Under the pieces are notes generated by a model. That model did not search any database and was not told the origin of the DNA. It worked only from the letters and a program-made list of their open reading frames with translations. This document shows, in pieces, positions 20,096 to 30,411 of a DNA stretch of 64,000 nucleotides (its first letter is position 1; each line of letters opens with the position of its first letter). The stretch comes from Bacteroidia bacterium. GTDB taxonomy: Bacteria > Bacteroidota > Bacteroidia > M30B66. Where the stretch lies: positions 1,728,001 through 1,792,000 of the forward strand of contig OZ257142.1 of assembly GCA_965279035.1 (NCBI GenBank), written 5' to 3'. The position numbers and the translations under genes are program-made.

Positions 20096-23000
20096 GCTCC
20101 TTTGGGGCTTTTTTCTTTTTTAATCCATTGGATTTTCCCCGGTAATTTCAACAGCCATTTGAATCCTTCCACATATAAAAGAATACTCAGGATTCCGGTC
20201 ATTAGCCAAATCACCAGCATATTGGCCCAACGCACTTCCATGATCATTGATCCAAATCGCTTATAGGGCGAATAAAATCCTCCAGAAGCAAATCCACCCG
20301 GCGCCGGTACATGAAATGCCGGTTCAAAATTTCGAATCAACTCTTCGCGCTCATTCAATTTTATCTTGGTGAATTCATCTTGATGCAAGACCATTTGACT
20401 CAATTGTTCATTGGTCGATTGTGCTACTAAGTCAGAATAGCTCGCTCCAAAACTGGAAATGATTTTATCTTTTTCAGCTCGTGCTCGAATCTCTCGTTTG
20501 TTGCATACCTGTTTGCATTGAGCTAAATAACTCGAAAGCTGAAGATCTATTTCTGAAGAATACGTATTTGAATTTATTTTTTCGGGTGAATCAAATTGCT
20601 TGAAATCGCCCCGTTTATTCATACGTATGAGTTCGTTCGAAAGAGAATGAGTTATATTTTCCTTTTGAATTGGATACTTGCATTCATTCAATTTTACTCG
20701 CAACTCATCCATTTTGGGAATCCAATAATTCACACAATAATTCGATTCTGAAATCTGAATGTCTTGGTCGAAAACGGGTTTTTCAGCTTCATTATTCATG
20801 AAACGATTAACCGCCATTGCTTCAAAAGCCCAGCGTGAAGCCATCAAATTGGCTGAAAATGGAACGCGATCATCTTCCGGACGAAGTGTACTATTCAAAT
20901 GATCAAATCGTACGAGCACGCCGCTTAGCAAGAGTTGAGGTATGATTAAAATCGGAATGATGATGTAAATAGTTATAGCAGAATTGAAGGTTGCCGAAAT
21001 GTTCAATCCCAACAAATTCGCAAAACAGCTAACAGAAAACAGCAGTAAAAAATCATCCAACATCAATCCATGTAAGCCCATCATTGTATGTCCAACCGTT
21101 ACAAAACAAGCTGTTTGTATTGCCGAAATTAGAAACAACAAGGCGATTTTGGATAGCAAATAACTGCCTTTGCTCAAGTGAAGAAACTTTTCTCTTCGAA
21201 GTATTTTTCGATCACGAATGATTTCTTCGGCACTTACTGTTAAGCCGAAAAACAAGGAAGCAATCACACAAATGAGCAAATACGCAGGTAAGTTGAGGTT
21301 GTGAAAAAGCGTGTAATGATCATCTTGTGTGTAACGTAATGCATATCCCATCAACAAAGCCAATAAGGGTGCTTCAAGCAAATTGATAGCTAAATATTGC
21401 CGATTACTCAGCTTAGATAAAAGATCTCGTATAAAGAAAACCTTGAATTGTCCAGGATAACCTGGTTTCTTAAATCCAGAATGGGGTAGTTCGCCTGTTG
21501 GAATTTCGTTTTCGGATGCAGGTGGTTGACTACGTTTGAAAAAGATATTCCATTCTTTTGGAGAAATTCTTCGGTTCGGTGTAGGCTTCCCATGTTCGTC
21601 AACAATGCGCGATTCGAGTATATCGAACAATTGTTCAGGATTCACATTCCCACATTCGATGCATTCACTTTCACTTGCATTGGCATGATCGACAATGGTT
21701 TTAAAATACACCACCGATTCAACGGGATTGCCGTAATACACTGGATATCCGCCAACATCCATCATCAACAAGCGATCGAACATTTTAAAGATGGCCGATG
21801 AAGGTTGATGGATAACCACAAAAATGAGCTTGCCTTTCAATGCCAATTCCTTGAGCAAGTCCATAATATTTTCCGAATCGCGTGAACTCAATCCTGATGT
21901 TGGTTCATCTACAAACAACACTGCTGGTTCGCGAATAAGTTCAAGTGCAATATTGAGCCGCTTGCGTTGTCCTCCGCTGATCGTTTTTTGCAGTGGATTC
22001 CCCACCTTCAGATCACGGATTTCCAATAATCCCAATTCATCCAATACATGATGAACTCTGCGTAAAAGTTCGGTATCTGAAGTGCCGGCAAAACACAATT
22101 TCGCGTTGTACCAAAGATTTTGAAATACACTCAATTCCTCTATGAGCAAATCATCCTGAGAAATGTAACCGATTAGTCCTTCGGTGCTTGTTTCGGCTGC
22201 ATTTAAATCAACACCATTGATGAGAATTTTCCCAGAACTGGGCTTTTCATTCCCGTTGAGTAAATTGAGCAAAGTAGATTTTCCCGCTCCGCTCGAGCCC
22301 ATAATTCCTATGAGATTTCCCGAATGCTCTGTAAAGTTGAATTTGTGTAAACCGCGCTTTCCGTTTTTAAAACGGTATTCAATGTTTTTTGCTTGAAATA
22401 CGATTTTAGTTTCGGCATTTTGTTTCAAAAAACAACCAAGCACATCGGAATAATACACCGGATTCATCCGACTTCCACGCAGAACAGCGCCTTGTGGAAA
22501 CACATACACACGTTCTGTTTGAAGAAGCTGTCCATTGAGATTGATTTCTCCATGTTGAAGAATTCTCAAATAATAGCTTCCGGCACTTTCGAGATATACA
22601 ATGAAAATATCGATCTCTAAGCCTTCAACAAATAAGTGCTTTAATTGACCAAAATCAGATTCTTTATTTCCATTGAGAAGCAAGCAGGATGAATCATTTA
22701 ATGCAAGTGGATTGGAACCTGCGAACTGCAAACACACAGCTGTTTCTACTTCAGGAATATTGAAAATAGAAGCAACAGTTTGAGCAAAATCCAGGTTTTG
22801 AGAATCAATTTCGCCTCCGGCAGATAGGAACTCAACCAATCGAAGAAAGACAAAACACTTTTGTTGATGCGTGAGTTCTTCATTAATCTGTGTGCAAATG
22901 AAAAGCACTTTCACCGAGGATGCCGAACGTCTTTTTCTTGCGCGTGCTTCGTCGCTTGTTCGATGAAGTTCTTGAACTAAGGCATCAAACTCACTTAAAT

Positions 23001-23136
23001 ATTCATCAACCTGATCGCTACCTAATTGCCTACGAAGAAAACTCTCTACAACCGAACGCTCTCGTCCTGCATTCTCGCCTGGACGGGCTACCAATGCAAA
23101 GAGTTGTAATAATGCTTTGAGGATTTTTCGATTCAT
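20092..23136 (-). CDS. ABCG/White-like ABC transporter (TerB-like N-domain, NBD, ABC-2 TMD)
   Basis: GSSGAGKST, ISGGQRKR, LFVDEPTSG, IHQP followed by TM helices; ~240-aa N-terminal extension. Confidence 0.88.
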   Translation of the reverse strand: MNRKILKALLQLFALVARPGENAGRERSVVESFLRRQLGSDQVDEYLSEFDALVQELHRTSDEARARKRRSASSVKVLFICTQINEELTHQQKCFVFLRLVEFLSAGGEIDSQNLDFAQTVASIFNIPEVETAVCLQFAGSNPLALNDSSCLLLNGNKESDFGQLKHLFVEGLEIDIFIVYLESAGSYYLRILQHGEINLNGQLLQTERVYVFPQGAVLRGSRMNPVYYSDVLGCFLKQNAETKIVFQAKNIEYRFKNGKRGLHKFNFTEHSGNLIGIMGSSGAGKSTLLNLLNGNEKPSSGKILINGVDLNAAETSTEGLIGYISQDDLLIEELSVFQNLWYNAKLCFAGTSDTELLRRVHHVLDELGLLEIRDLKVGNPLQKTISGGQRKRLNIALELIREPAVLFVDEPTSGLSSRDSENIMDLLKELALKGKLIFVVIHQPSSAIFKMFDRLLMMDVGGYPVYYGNPVESVVYFKTIVDHANASESECIECGNVNPEQLFDILESRIVDEHGKPTPNRRISPKEWNIFFKRSQPPASENEIPTGELPHSGFKKPGYPGQFKVFFIRDLLSKLSNRQYLAINLLEAPLLALLMGYALRYTQDDHYTLFHNLNLPAYLLICVIASLFFGLTVSAEEIIRDRKILRREKFLHLSKGSYLLSKIALLFLISAIQTACFVTVGHTMMGLHGLMLDDFLLLFSVSCFANLLGLNISATFNSAITIYIIIPILIIPQLLLSGVLVRFDHLNSTLRPEDDRVPFSANLMASRWAFEAMAVNRFMNNEAEKPVFDQDIQISESNYCVNYWIPKMDELRVKLNECKYPIQKENITHSLSNELIRMNKRGDFKQFDSPEKINSNTYSSEIDLQLSSYLAQCKQVCNKREIRARAEKDKIISSFGASYSDLVAQSTNEQLSQMVLHQDEFTKIKLNEREELIRNFEPAFHVPAPGGFASGGFYSPYKRFGSMIMEVRWANMLVIWLMTGILSILLYVEGFKWLLKLPGKIQWIKKEKSPKGA
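20094..20120 (+). terminator. Putative intrinsic terminator of the sia operon
   Basis: AAGCTCC-TTT-GGGGCTT hairpin followed by a T-tract; overlaps the 3' end of the convergent ABC gene. Confidence 0.5.
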
Positions 23137-23177
23137 GTTTGCCCGATAAAACTACAAATAAAGAGCAGGCTCATCAA

Positions 23178-23750
23178 TCATTTCTTCTTTTCGTTATACC
23201 CAATATCTTTTTTGAGTAATTCTAAAATCGATTGTACCGCTGGACAAATAAAACTGTTTTCATACGTCAAATCGAGTAATTGATGAAAGCGTTTCCGATC
23301 GGTATGCGGATAGGTGCGACAAGCCGTTGGACGATCTTCATACACATCGCAAGTATTGTCTTCGGCGAGGAATGGACAGGGTGAAGATTTCAATACATAA
23401 TCTTTGTCTTCATCAATACGTAGATATTTATCTACAAACACCACTGGTTTTATGCGCAAACGTTTCGAAAGGTGCTCGATGTCTTTCTGATTGAAAATGG
23501 GACTAGTCGTTCGACAACAATTTCCACACGTTAAGCAATCGGTATTTTCAAACACAGCATCATGAATTTCGCGTACGCGGACATCCAGATTTGACGGGTG
23601 ATTGCGTTTCAATTGATCGAGAAAACGGCGATTGGATTTCTGTAAGACTTTGCCAGCTTCGAGAATTGCTTCGGGTTGGTATTTTAAGTTTGTTGACAAT
23701 TTGGGAGTTTTTAACTTGTCTGTCGAGCACTGAGGGTTTATTTTTGCCAC
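23178..23750 (-). CDS. YkgJ-family cysteine-cluster protein (start uncertain)
   Basis: CLTCGNCC, PCPFL, C.VYEDRP.ACR.YP, CP. Confidence 0.9.
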   Translation of the reverse strand: MAKINPQCSTDKLKTPKLSTNLKYQPEAILEAGKVLQKSNRRFLDQLKRNHPSNLDVRVREIHDAVFENTDCLTCGNCCRTTSPIFNQKDIEHLSKRLRIKPVVFVDKYLRIDEDKDYVLKSSPCPFLAEDNTCDVYEDRPTACRTYPHTDRKRFHQLLDLTYENSFICPAVQSILELLKKDIGYNEKKK

Positions 23751-23789
23751 CCCGATACAAACATAGCGGCTTTACCGTTCTTCTCCTGC

Positions 23790-24734
23790 ATGATCTCTAT
23801 ACGTTCTATTGTTCTTTTTCTGTTGACCATTCCTTTGGCCGCTTCGATGCAAGCCAAGCAACATATAAAAGACAGCATGCAGGTTGTTGTTCCGCCTGAT
23901 ACAATTCCCCCCAACATTCATGAAATAGAAGAATTCTCAGAAGAGGAAGATTCAACTGTTACCGAAGAAGGAGAAGCGTTTGAAGGTATTTGGGATGAAG
24001 ATGCTTGTGTGATTCTGAATTGTGATTTGTACAACGCTGTTTGGGATACAACACGCATCAATCCATACGGAATCAACCTAAAGGAAAAGAAAGATTCTAC
24101 CTATCTCACACTTTTTCATGATGTATCTTGTGATTATGCGCATCCGACTTGTGGAGAGATCACCTCAGAATTTGGCTTCCGCCGAACGCGTTACCATTAT
24201 GGAATCGACATCAACCTCGAAACAGGTGATGAGGTTTTATCCGTTTTCGAAGGAACCGTTCGTGTTGCTCGTTACAGTCCAACGTATGGCTATTACGTAA
24301 TTATTCGACATTTGAATGGACTAGAAACCTTGTATGCACATCTTTCTCAAATCAATGTTTCTTCTGGACATTATGTTCAAGCAGGCGATAAAGTGGGTTT
24401 GGGTGGAAATACAGGACATTCGCGTGGAAGTCACTTGCATTTTGAAGTTCGTTTCTTAGGACAGCAGATCAATCCGCGGGACGTTATTTCGTTTGAGAAT
24501 TATACCTGCAATAGCAAAGAACTTTGCATCAGTCCGGCGAGTTTTGATTATTTACGCAAGGTTGAAAAACACAAAGCACAGGTTGCAGCACGTCGTTATT
24601 ATAAAATTCGCAAAGGAGATTCATTGGGTCGCATTGCCCGAAAAAATCATACAACGGTTGCTAAATTGTGTAAGTTGAATAAGATGAGTAAACGCACGAA
24701 ACTCAAGCCGGGTAGAAGATTAAGGGTGGCTTAG
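23790..24734 (+). CDS. M23 peptidase with C-terminal LysM domain
   Basis: HYGID, YAHL, GNTGHSRGSHLHFE; YKIRKGDSLGRIA LysM. Confidence 0.93.
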   Translation: MISIRSIVLFLLTIPLAASMQAKQHIKDSMQVVVPPDTIPPNIHEIEEFSEEEDSTVTEEGEAFEGIWDEDACVILNCDLYNAVWDTTRINPYGINLKEKKDSTYLTLFHDVSCDYAHPTCGEITSEFGFRRTRYHYGIDINLETGDEVLSVFEGTVRVARYSPTYGYYVIIRHLNGLETLYAHLSQINVSSGHYVQAGDKVGLGGNTGHSRGSHLHFEVRFLGQQINPRDVISFENYTCNSKELCISPASFDYLRKVEKHKAQVAARRYYKIRKGDSLGRIARKNHTTVAKLCKLNKMSKRTKLKPGRRLRVA

Positions 24735-24792
24735 ATGAAGCGATTCTGCCAATAATCTAGTTTTTTTTGATGTTAATTCTTAAATTTGAATT

Positions 24793-25011
24793 ATGAAAAT
24801 AGCACTTCAGTATTTAAGTAATAGCGAGGGAGAAAGAACTGCTGTTCAGTTGTCACTTTCTGAATGGGAGAAAGTACTGGCTAGATTGAAGAAATTTGAA
24901 CAATCAATTCAATTAAAATCAGAAATTAAAGAAGCGCTTGATGAAGTAGATTCGATTAAAAAATCGAAAAAAAATAAGCAGTCATTAAGCGATTTCATTA
25001 ATGGCTTATAA
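24793..25011 (+). CDS. Putative type II antitoxin
   Basis: 72-aa ORF (GERTAVQL..EWE...SLSDFINGL) overlapping the toxin start; TAAATTTG promoter at 24781-24788. Confidence 0.7.
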   Translation: MKIALQYLSNSEGERTAVQLSLSEWEKVLARLKKFEQSIQLKSEIKEALDEVDSIKKSKKNKQSLSDFINGL

Positions 25012-25329
25012 AGTAATTCCAGTTGAGAGATTCAAAAGGGAGGCAAAAAGATTAGTAAAAAATTCCCATCTTTAAAAGAAGAATTAATTGAATTGGGAAA
25101 AGTGCTATCGAAAAATCCCGAAGCAGGAACTTCTTTAGGAAACAATATATATAAAGTTAGAATTTCTATTAAGAGTAAATCAAAAGGTAAAAGTGGTGGT
25201 GCAAGAATTATCACTTATAAATTTTCAGATGAGTTAGAAATTTACCTTTTGACTATTTATGATAAATCAGAATATGACAGTATTGATGATAAGACACTAA
25301 AATTAATTATCAATGGGATATTTAAGTAA
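25001..25329 (+). pseudogene. RelE/ParE (HigB-like) toxin, split by a frameshift in an A6 run
   Basis: ATG 25001 MAYKVIPVERFKREAKRLVK; the -1 frame continues KFPSLKEELIELG...KGKSGGARII...LLTIYDK. Confidence 0.8.
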
Positions 25330-25396
25330 ACTGATAGTTAAATTAATAGCTTTTTTATTCAATAAGAATTAATAAGCATTCAATCCTTTAGTGAAA

Positions 25397-26266
25397 TCAA
25401 TGCTTCTTCCTCAAACGAATTGGAAAATAGCCTCCAGCCGTCACATTAAATTGCATAAATCCAAATTGCTGATCGGCTCTTACTGGTGCTTCGTTGTTGA
25501 TATAAATATCTGGTAAAATAATCCATCCTCCACGAACCTGAGCTTTCACAAAGAAATTACGTAAAAACCGAAATTCTGGTCCAACTCGAAACGAAGCAGA
25601 ATATCCAGCTACATGGTATTTATTGTCAATTCCATAGCCTTCTGGAAATTGAGAATCTGCAAATAAATGTGCTTCCGTTTTAGGAATTAATAATCCTGCT
25701 CCAAGGCTTGTTTGCCAATAGATTCCGAATTTCTCCTTAAATAAACTGGCTACTTTGCAGGTGTATTCTGCATCAACGTTGAGCAAATTCAATCCGTTGG
25801 TATGTTCGAAACGCATCAACTCGCGTGAAAGAGTTACCGGTGTATTGAGGTATGATCCTACAAAATTATTCGAATGATTTGTTGATGGAAGTATTACCCC
25901 CGACATCGTTACATCTTGTCCATTAACAACCACATATTTCATATGATCCATTCCAATGGAAACGCCCCAATGATGATTAATCACATAGCCAAAACGATAA
26001 TTGTTTTGTGGAATGGAAAGATGTGTTGGGCTAAAATATTCTTTGAAGCCAAATTTCTCAGGGCGATCTTTTGCTTGCACATCATAAAAATTCACATCGA
26101 AATCTTGTCCATGAATGTGAATATCGCTATTCGTAAACCAGCCACGATTGTATCCCCAGGACATCCAGAATTTCCCCCTTTGATCAAAGCGTTGAACTGG
26201 AGTAATTTCCTGAGCTTGAGCAATAAGTGATAGACAGAAAATGAAGGAAATACTTATGGCGCGCAT
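25397..26266 (-). CDS. Outer-membrane beta-barrel-like hypothetical protein
   Basis: Signal peptide; WGYNRGW, DHMKY, FEHTNGLN; amphipathic strands. Confidence 0.7.
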   Translation of the reverse strand: MRAISISFIFCLSLIAQAQEITPVQRFDQRGKFWMSWGYNRGWFTNSDIHIHGQDFDVNFYDVQAKDRPEKFGFKEYFSPTHLSIPQNNYRFGYVINHHWGVSIGMDHMKYVVVNGQDVTMSGVILPSTNHSNNFVGSYLNTPVTLSRELMRFEHTNGLNLLNVDAEYTCKVASLFKEKFGIYWQTSLGAGLLIPKTEAHLFADSQFPEGYGIDNKYHVAGYSASFRVGPEFRFLRNFFVKAQVRGGWIILPDIYINNEAPVRADQQFGFMQFNVTAGGYFPIRLRKKH

Positions 26267-26324
26267 GAAGTTGAATTTGGCTGCGAAGATAAATGAAAGG
26301 CATTTGGAATAAAGATGATTTTTA

Positions 26325-28172
26325 TCAGCGATAGCCTTGAGCTTGTAATTTGAAAAGTGCTGCATAATGACCTTCTTTTTCCATCAATTCTGCATGCGAA
26401 CCACTTTCAATTAATTCACCTTTTTCTAAAACTAGAATTCGATCGGCCATGCGAACTGTTGAAAAACGATGCGAAATAATGAAGGCTGTTTTTCCTTGGG
26501 ATAAACTCGCAAATCGTTCGAAAACTTCATGCTCGGCTCGTGCATCCAATGCCGCTGTTGGTTCATCTAAAATGAGCACTTGCGCATCACGCATATACAC
26601 GCGTCCCAATGCAATTTTTTGCCACTGTCCACCACTCAAATCAACACCTTCGGCAAATCGTCGCCCGATCACTTGATCGTATCCTTTCGGTAATGTGCTC
26701 ACTACACTATCGGCTAAACTCATATTGGCTGCATGATTTATCTTTTCCTGATCATGCTTATCTTCAATACTTCCGGTGGCTATATTTAATCCAGCTGTCA
26801 GTTGAAACTTCACGAAATCCTGAAAAATCACCCCAATTTCTTTACGTAAATCATCCGGATTATACTCCGAAAGTGGATGTCCATCCAACAAAATCCGTCC
26901 TTCAACTGGATCATACAAACGCGCGATCAACTTAACCAGCGTTGTCTTCCCAGAACCATTTTCGCCAACCAATGCAATCTTTTCTCCCGGACGAATCTGT
27001 AAATTCAAATTACGTAAAGCCCAAGATGAAGCATTTTGATAACGAAATCCTACATTTTCAAACACAAAACCTTCACGTATCGGATTGGGAAATGGACGAG
27101 CATTTTCACCGGTACGAATCTTCGGCTCCAACTGAAAAAAGTCATAGAAATCCTCCAAATACAAAGCTCCCTGACTTATCGACGCAAATCGACTTAATAA
27201 GGTTTCCATCAATCCTCGCATACGAGCAAATGAACCCGATAGAAAGGTCAAGGAGCCAATGCTTAAACTGCCTGCAATGGTGCTTAGTAAAATCAACACA
27301 TAAGCGGCGTAATAACCAACAGTACTTATAGCCGCTAACACAGTTCCCCAAGTTGCACGCTGAATCGAAAGTCGTTTATTATCCAGATAATATTTATCCG
27401 AAAGCAATTTGAATCGATCAATCAAAAATCCAGAAAGGCCAAAGAGCTTGACTTCCTTGGCTGTTTCATCGCTTGCAGCGGTTAATCGTAAATAATCTAG
27501 TTCGCGACGTTCGGGAGTAAAACCATGCACAAGCGAATAGCTGCGTTCGTTAAAATGCGTCTCTCCTAAAAAAGCAGGAATGACACTGACGAGTAAAAGC
27601 AGAATGAGCCATGGATTGAACACAATTAATCCAGCCGAAAGTGAAATAAGTGAAATGATATCTTGAAACTGACTCAAGACCTGAGTCATCAGCACAGTAC
27701 GATTGAGGGTTTGTCGACGAGCGCGTTCCAGTTTATCGTAAAAGGTAGCATCTTCAAATTGTTCAATGTCGAGCTTGGCGGCATGTTCCATCAATCGGAT
27801 CGAAGAAGTATTCGCAAACAAATCGCCCAACAGGGCATCCAGCAAAGCAATGAGTCGATTGAGAAGTTCATTGATTAAAGCCAAAGAAGCTTCAATTGCG
27901 ACTAAAAACCACAAATGAGAATGATCGTGCAAAGTGTCATGGGCAATGAGTTGTATGACTTCATCAACAATCAATTTCCCAACGAGCAACAAAGCCAAAG
28001 GCATCAAGGACTTGATAATCCGCAGCGCCAGATTGGCAGCAGTCATAGACGGACTCGTTTGCCAAATAAGTTTTAAAAAAGGAGGAATGTGTTTAAGAGA
28101 ACTCCAGCTTCGTTTGGTTTCTGTGTTGGGACGACGATTACCTCTAAGCAGGACGCGAATTTTTTCAAACAT
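26325..28172 (-). CDS. ABC exporter, fused permease/ATPase
   Basis: N-terminal TMD, GENGSGKTT, LSGGQWQK, ILDEPT, SHR. Confidence 0.95.
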   Translation of the reverse strand: MFEKIRVLLRGNRRPNTETKRSWSSLKHIPPFLKLIWQTSPSMTAANLALRIIKSLMPLALLLVGKLIVDEVIQLIAHDTLHDHSHLWFLVAIEASLALINELLNRLIALLDALLGDLFANTSSIRLMEHAAKLDIEQFEDATFYDKLERARRQTLNRTVLMTQVLSQFQDIISLISLSAGLIVFNPWLILLLLVSVIPAFLGETHFNERSYSLVHGFTPERRELDYLRLTAASDETAKEVKLFGLSGFLIDRFKLLSDKYYLDNKRLSIQRATWGTVLAAISTVGYYAAYVLILLSTIAGSLSIGSLTFLSGSFARMRGLMETLLSRFASISQGALYLEDFYDFFQLEPKIRTGENARPFPNPIREGFVFENVGFRYQNASSWALRNLNLQIRPGEKIALVGENGSGKTTLVKLIARLYDPVEGRILLDGHPLSEYNPDDLRKEIGVIFQDFVKFQLTAGLNIATGSIEDKHDQEKINHAANMSLADSVVSTLPKGYDQVIGRRFAEGVDLSGGQWQKIALGRVYMRDAQVLILDEPTAALDARAEHEVFERFASLSQGKTAFIISHRFSTVRMADRILVLEKGELIESGSHAELMEKEGHYAALFKLQAQGYR

Positions 28173-28242
28173 AGATTATCAGCTTTCAATTCACATACCT
28201 TCAAGAAATCAAGTCGCAATGGCAGAGAATTGAATGTGAACA

Positions 28243-30366
28243 ATGTATCTTGCTATGCCCAAATCCCAATCATCAATGAGTATGATGTTCAAGTACCCAA
28301 TTGCACTATTCTTTTCTGTTTTCGTTTTAATGTTGATTCCACAGTCTTTCTATGCGCAATGTGCTATTGGCGAAAGTTCAGTTAGCCTTGTTGTAACTAC
28401 CGATGATTATGGATACGAAGGGTATTGGGAATTGACCGCAGAACCCAATCCATGCGGAACACAAACCATTGCATTTGGTGGAAACGTCAATGTAGGTTGC
28501 ATTTCTGGATCACAAAATCAAGATCCATCAGGATATGGAAACAATTTAGTTATCAATGAAGGACCTTGGTGTTTGACCAATAATGCCTATTACACCATTC
28601 ATTATCGCGACGATTGGGGTGATGGTGGTTTTCATTTTCGAATTTTAATCAATGGACTTATCGCACATGAATTTTACAATGCAGGTTCTGGTGTTGATTT
28701 TACATTTCAAGTGCTTGATCCACCATTGTACGATTTAGCGTGTTATACCCATGTTAATTCTACCCAAGTTCAAGGCAGATATGTGCAACAACAAGGAAAT
28801 CCGCTTGAAGTTATCCTCTATAATTTTGGTGCTCAAACCGTAACAAGTGCCGAAATATCCTATTCGGTGAATGGTGATACACCTGTTATTGGAACTCTCA
28901 ATGGATTATCTATCGTACCATATACTTCAATAGTTGTTCAACATCCTGTATTATGGACTCCAAGTTCCGATGGATCATATACCATTGAATTTTCAGTAAA
29001 TTCTATTAATGGAAATCCGGATGAAGTTCCACTCAATAATTCCGAATCGGCAGTTTACCTTGTTGGACCAGGTCGGCCTTATCTTTTAGATGATTATATA
29101 AGCGGATTGATTGTTCCAATGAACATTGCTACTTCGGCAAATAGCTTGAGTTCGCCAATCGATTTAGACTTTCATCCAACTTTAACGAAGAAACAGTTGT
29201 GGATTATTAATAAAGGCACTGAAAGCAGCGGCGGATCTACTGTAACAATTGATAATACAGGTGAGGCAAATCAAATTTCAGAATTTTTGCAAGATGGAAA
29301 TGCCTGGCATTTTATGTCTTTACCTAGCGGAATAGCTTTTAGTGATAATGGAAATTTTGCGACTTCACCGGGTGTATTCGATGCCAATCATACAGGAACA
29401 GCTGTAGCGTTTACCGGACCAACCTTGTGGTCGAGCGATCCAGCAATTTATGCCCAACCCAGTGGTGGAAATGGATCACATCTCGATATGTTGCACGAAA
29501 GTCCATACAGCCAAGGAATTGCTTGGGAAAAGGACAATGTATTTTGGTTATTCGATGGATACAACAACGATATCGTTCGTTATGATTTTGTGAATGATCA
29601 CAATCCTGGCAATAGTGATCATTCCGACGGAATTGTTCATCGTTACAGCGATGTTGCAGTTTTGAAAGACCTAAATGGAACAATCAGTCACCTCGAATTA
29701 GATGAAGCGAAGGATTGGTTGTATGTAGTTGATAATGGAAATCAGCGGATTTTTCGAATGAATATTCACACCGGAACACCGTCTGCAACACCACCTTCTT
29801 ATGGTCCACATGAAGGTATGGCAGAATACCTGACGATGACCGGTTATACTTGGGAAAATGTTGTTTCTACAGGATTACTTGATCCAGCCGGAATTGCAAT
29901 TCAAGGAAATCGGATGTTAGTGAGCGATCATCAATCAAATGAAATTATCCTGTATGACATTAGCAGTATGCCCGCCACTGAACTTCGTCGAATAAACACA
30001 TCGGCATTGGGAATTATGGGAATTGCAATTGGTCCTGAAGGGAAGATTTATTATGTAGATAATGCAGGAAATAAAGTAGTTCGATTAGATCCAGAACAAA
30101 TCCCTCTCAATACAAGCGAAATTACTTCCAAAGCATACAGTTTATTTCCAAATCCATCCCAAGGACAATTAGGTATAGCCTCAGAAATTGAACAAATTAA
30201 ACTTCACATTTCGGTTTTCAATTCCATTGGTCAAGCCCTTATTTCTTACCAAACAGAATCAGGAAAAATGACCAATCTAAATATACCTGCTGGTGTTTAT
30301 TTTATTGTGATAAAAGATGAAAACGGGAAATTCTTAGCTAAGAAACCTTGGATTATTTCTAAATGA
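28243..30366 (+). CDS. T9SS-secreted protein with CARDB-like Ig domain and NHL-like beta-propeller (start may be 28282)
   Basis: Signal peptide, N.GAQ.VTSA.I.YSVNG, P.GIAI/LYVVD propeller repeats, C-terminal LFPNPS...GVYFIVI. Confidence 0.8.
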   Translation: MYLAMPKSQSSMSMMFKYPIALFFSVFVLMLIPQSFYAQCAIGESSVSLVVTTDDYGYEGYWELTAEPNPCGTQTIAFGGNVNVGCISGSQNQDPSGYGNNLVINEGPWCLTNNAYYTIHYRDDWGDGGFHFRILINGLIAHEFYNAGSGVDFTFQVLDPPLYDLACYTHVNSTQVQGRYVQQQGNPLEVILYNFGAQTVTSAEISYSVNGDTPVIGTLNGLSIVPYTSIVVQHPVLWTPSSDGSYTIEFSVNSINGNPDEVPLNNSESAVYLVGPGRPYLLDDYISGLIVPMNIATSANSLSSPIDLDFHPTLTKKQLWIINKGTESSGGSTVTIDNTGEANQISEFLQDGNAWHFMSLPSGIAFSDNGNFATSPGVFDANHTGTAVAFTGPTLWSSDPAIYAQPSGGNGSHLDMLHESPYSQGIAWEKDNVFWLFDGYNNDIVRYDFVNDHNPGNSDHSDGIVHRYSDVAVLKDLNGTISHLELDEAKDWLYVVDNGNQRIFRMNIHTGTPSATPPSYGPHEGMAEYLTMTGYTWENVVSTGLLDPAGIAIQGNRMLVSDHQSNEIILYDISSMPATELRRINTSALGIMGIAIGPEGKIYYVDNAGNKVVRLDPEQIPLNTSEITSKAYSLFPNPSQGQLGIASEIEQIKLHISVFNSIGQALISYQTESGKMTNLNIPAGVYFIVIKDENGKFLAKKPWIISK

Positions 30367-30411
30367 AAAAGAATGGGGCATTTCCTTAAATTCGCAGTAT
30401 AAATTACGCTC

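Noticed and set aside
25093-25329. Stand-alone 78-aa toxin starting at TTG
   Set aside because: Lacks the N-terminal RelE strand and helix, which are encoded upstream in another frame from ATG 25001
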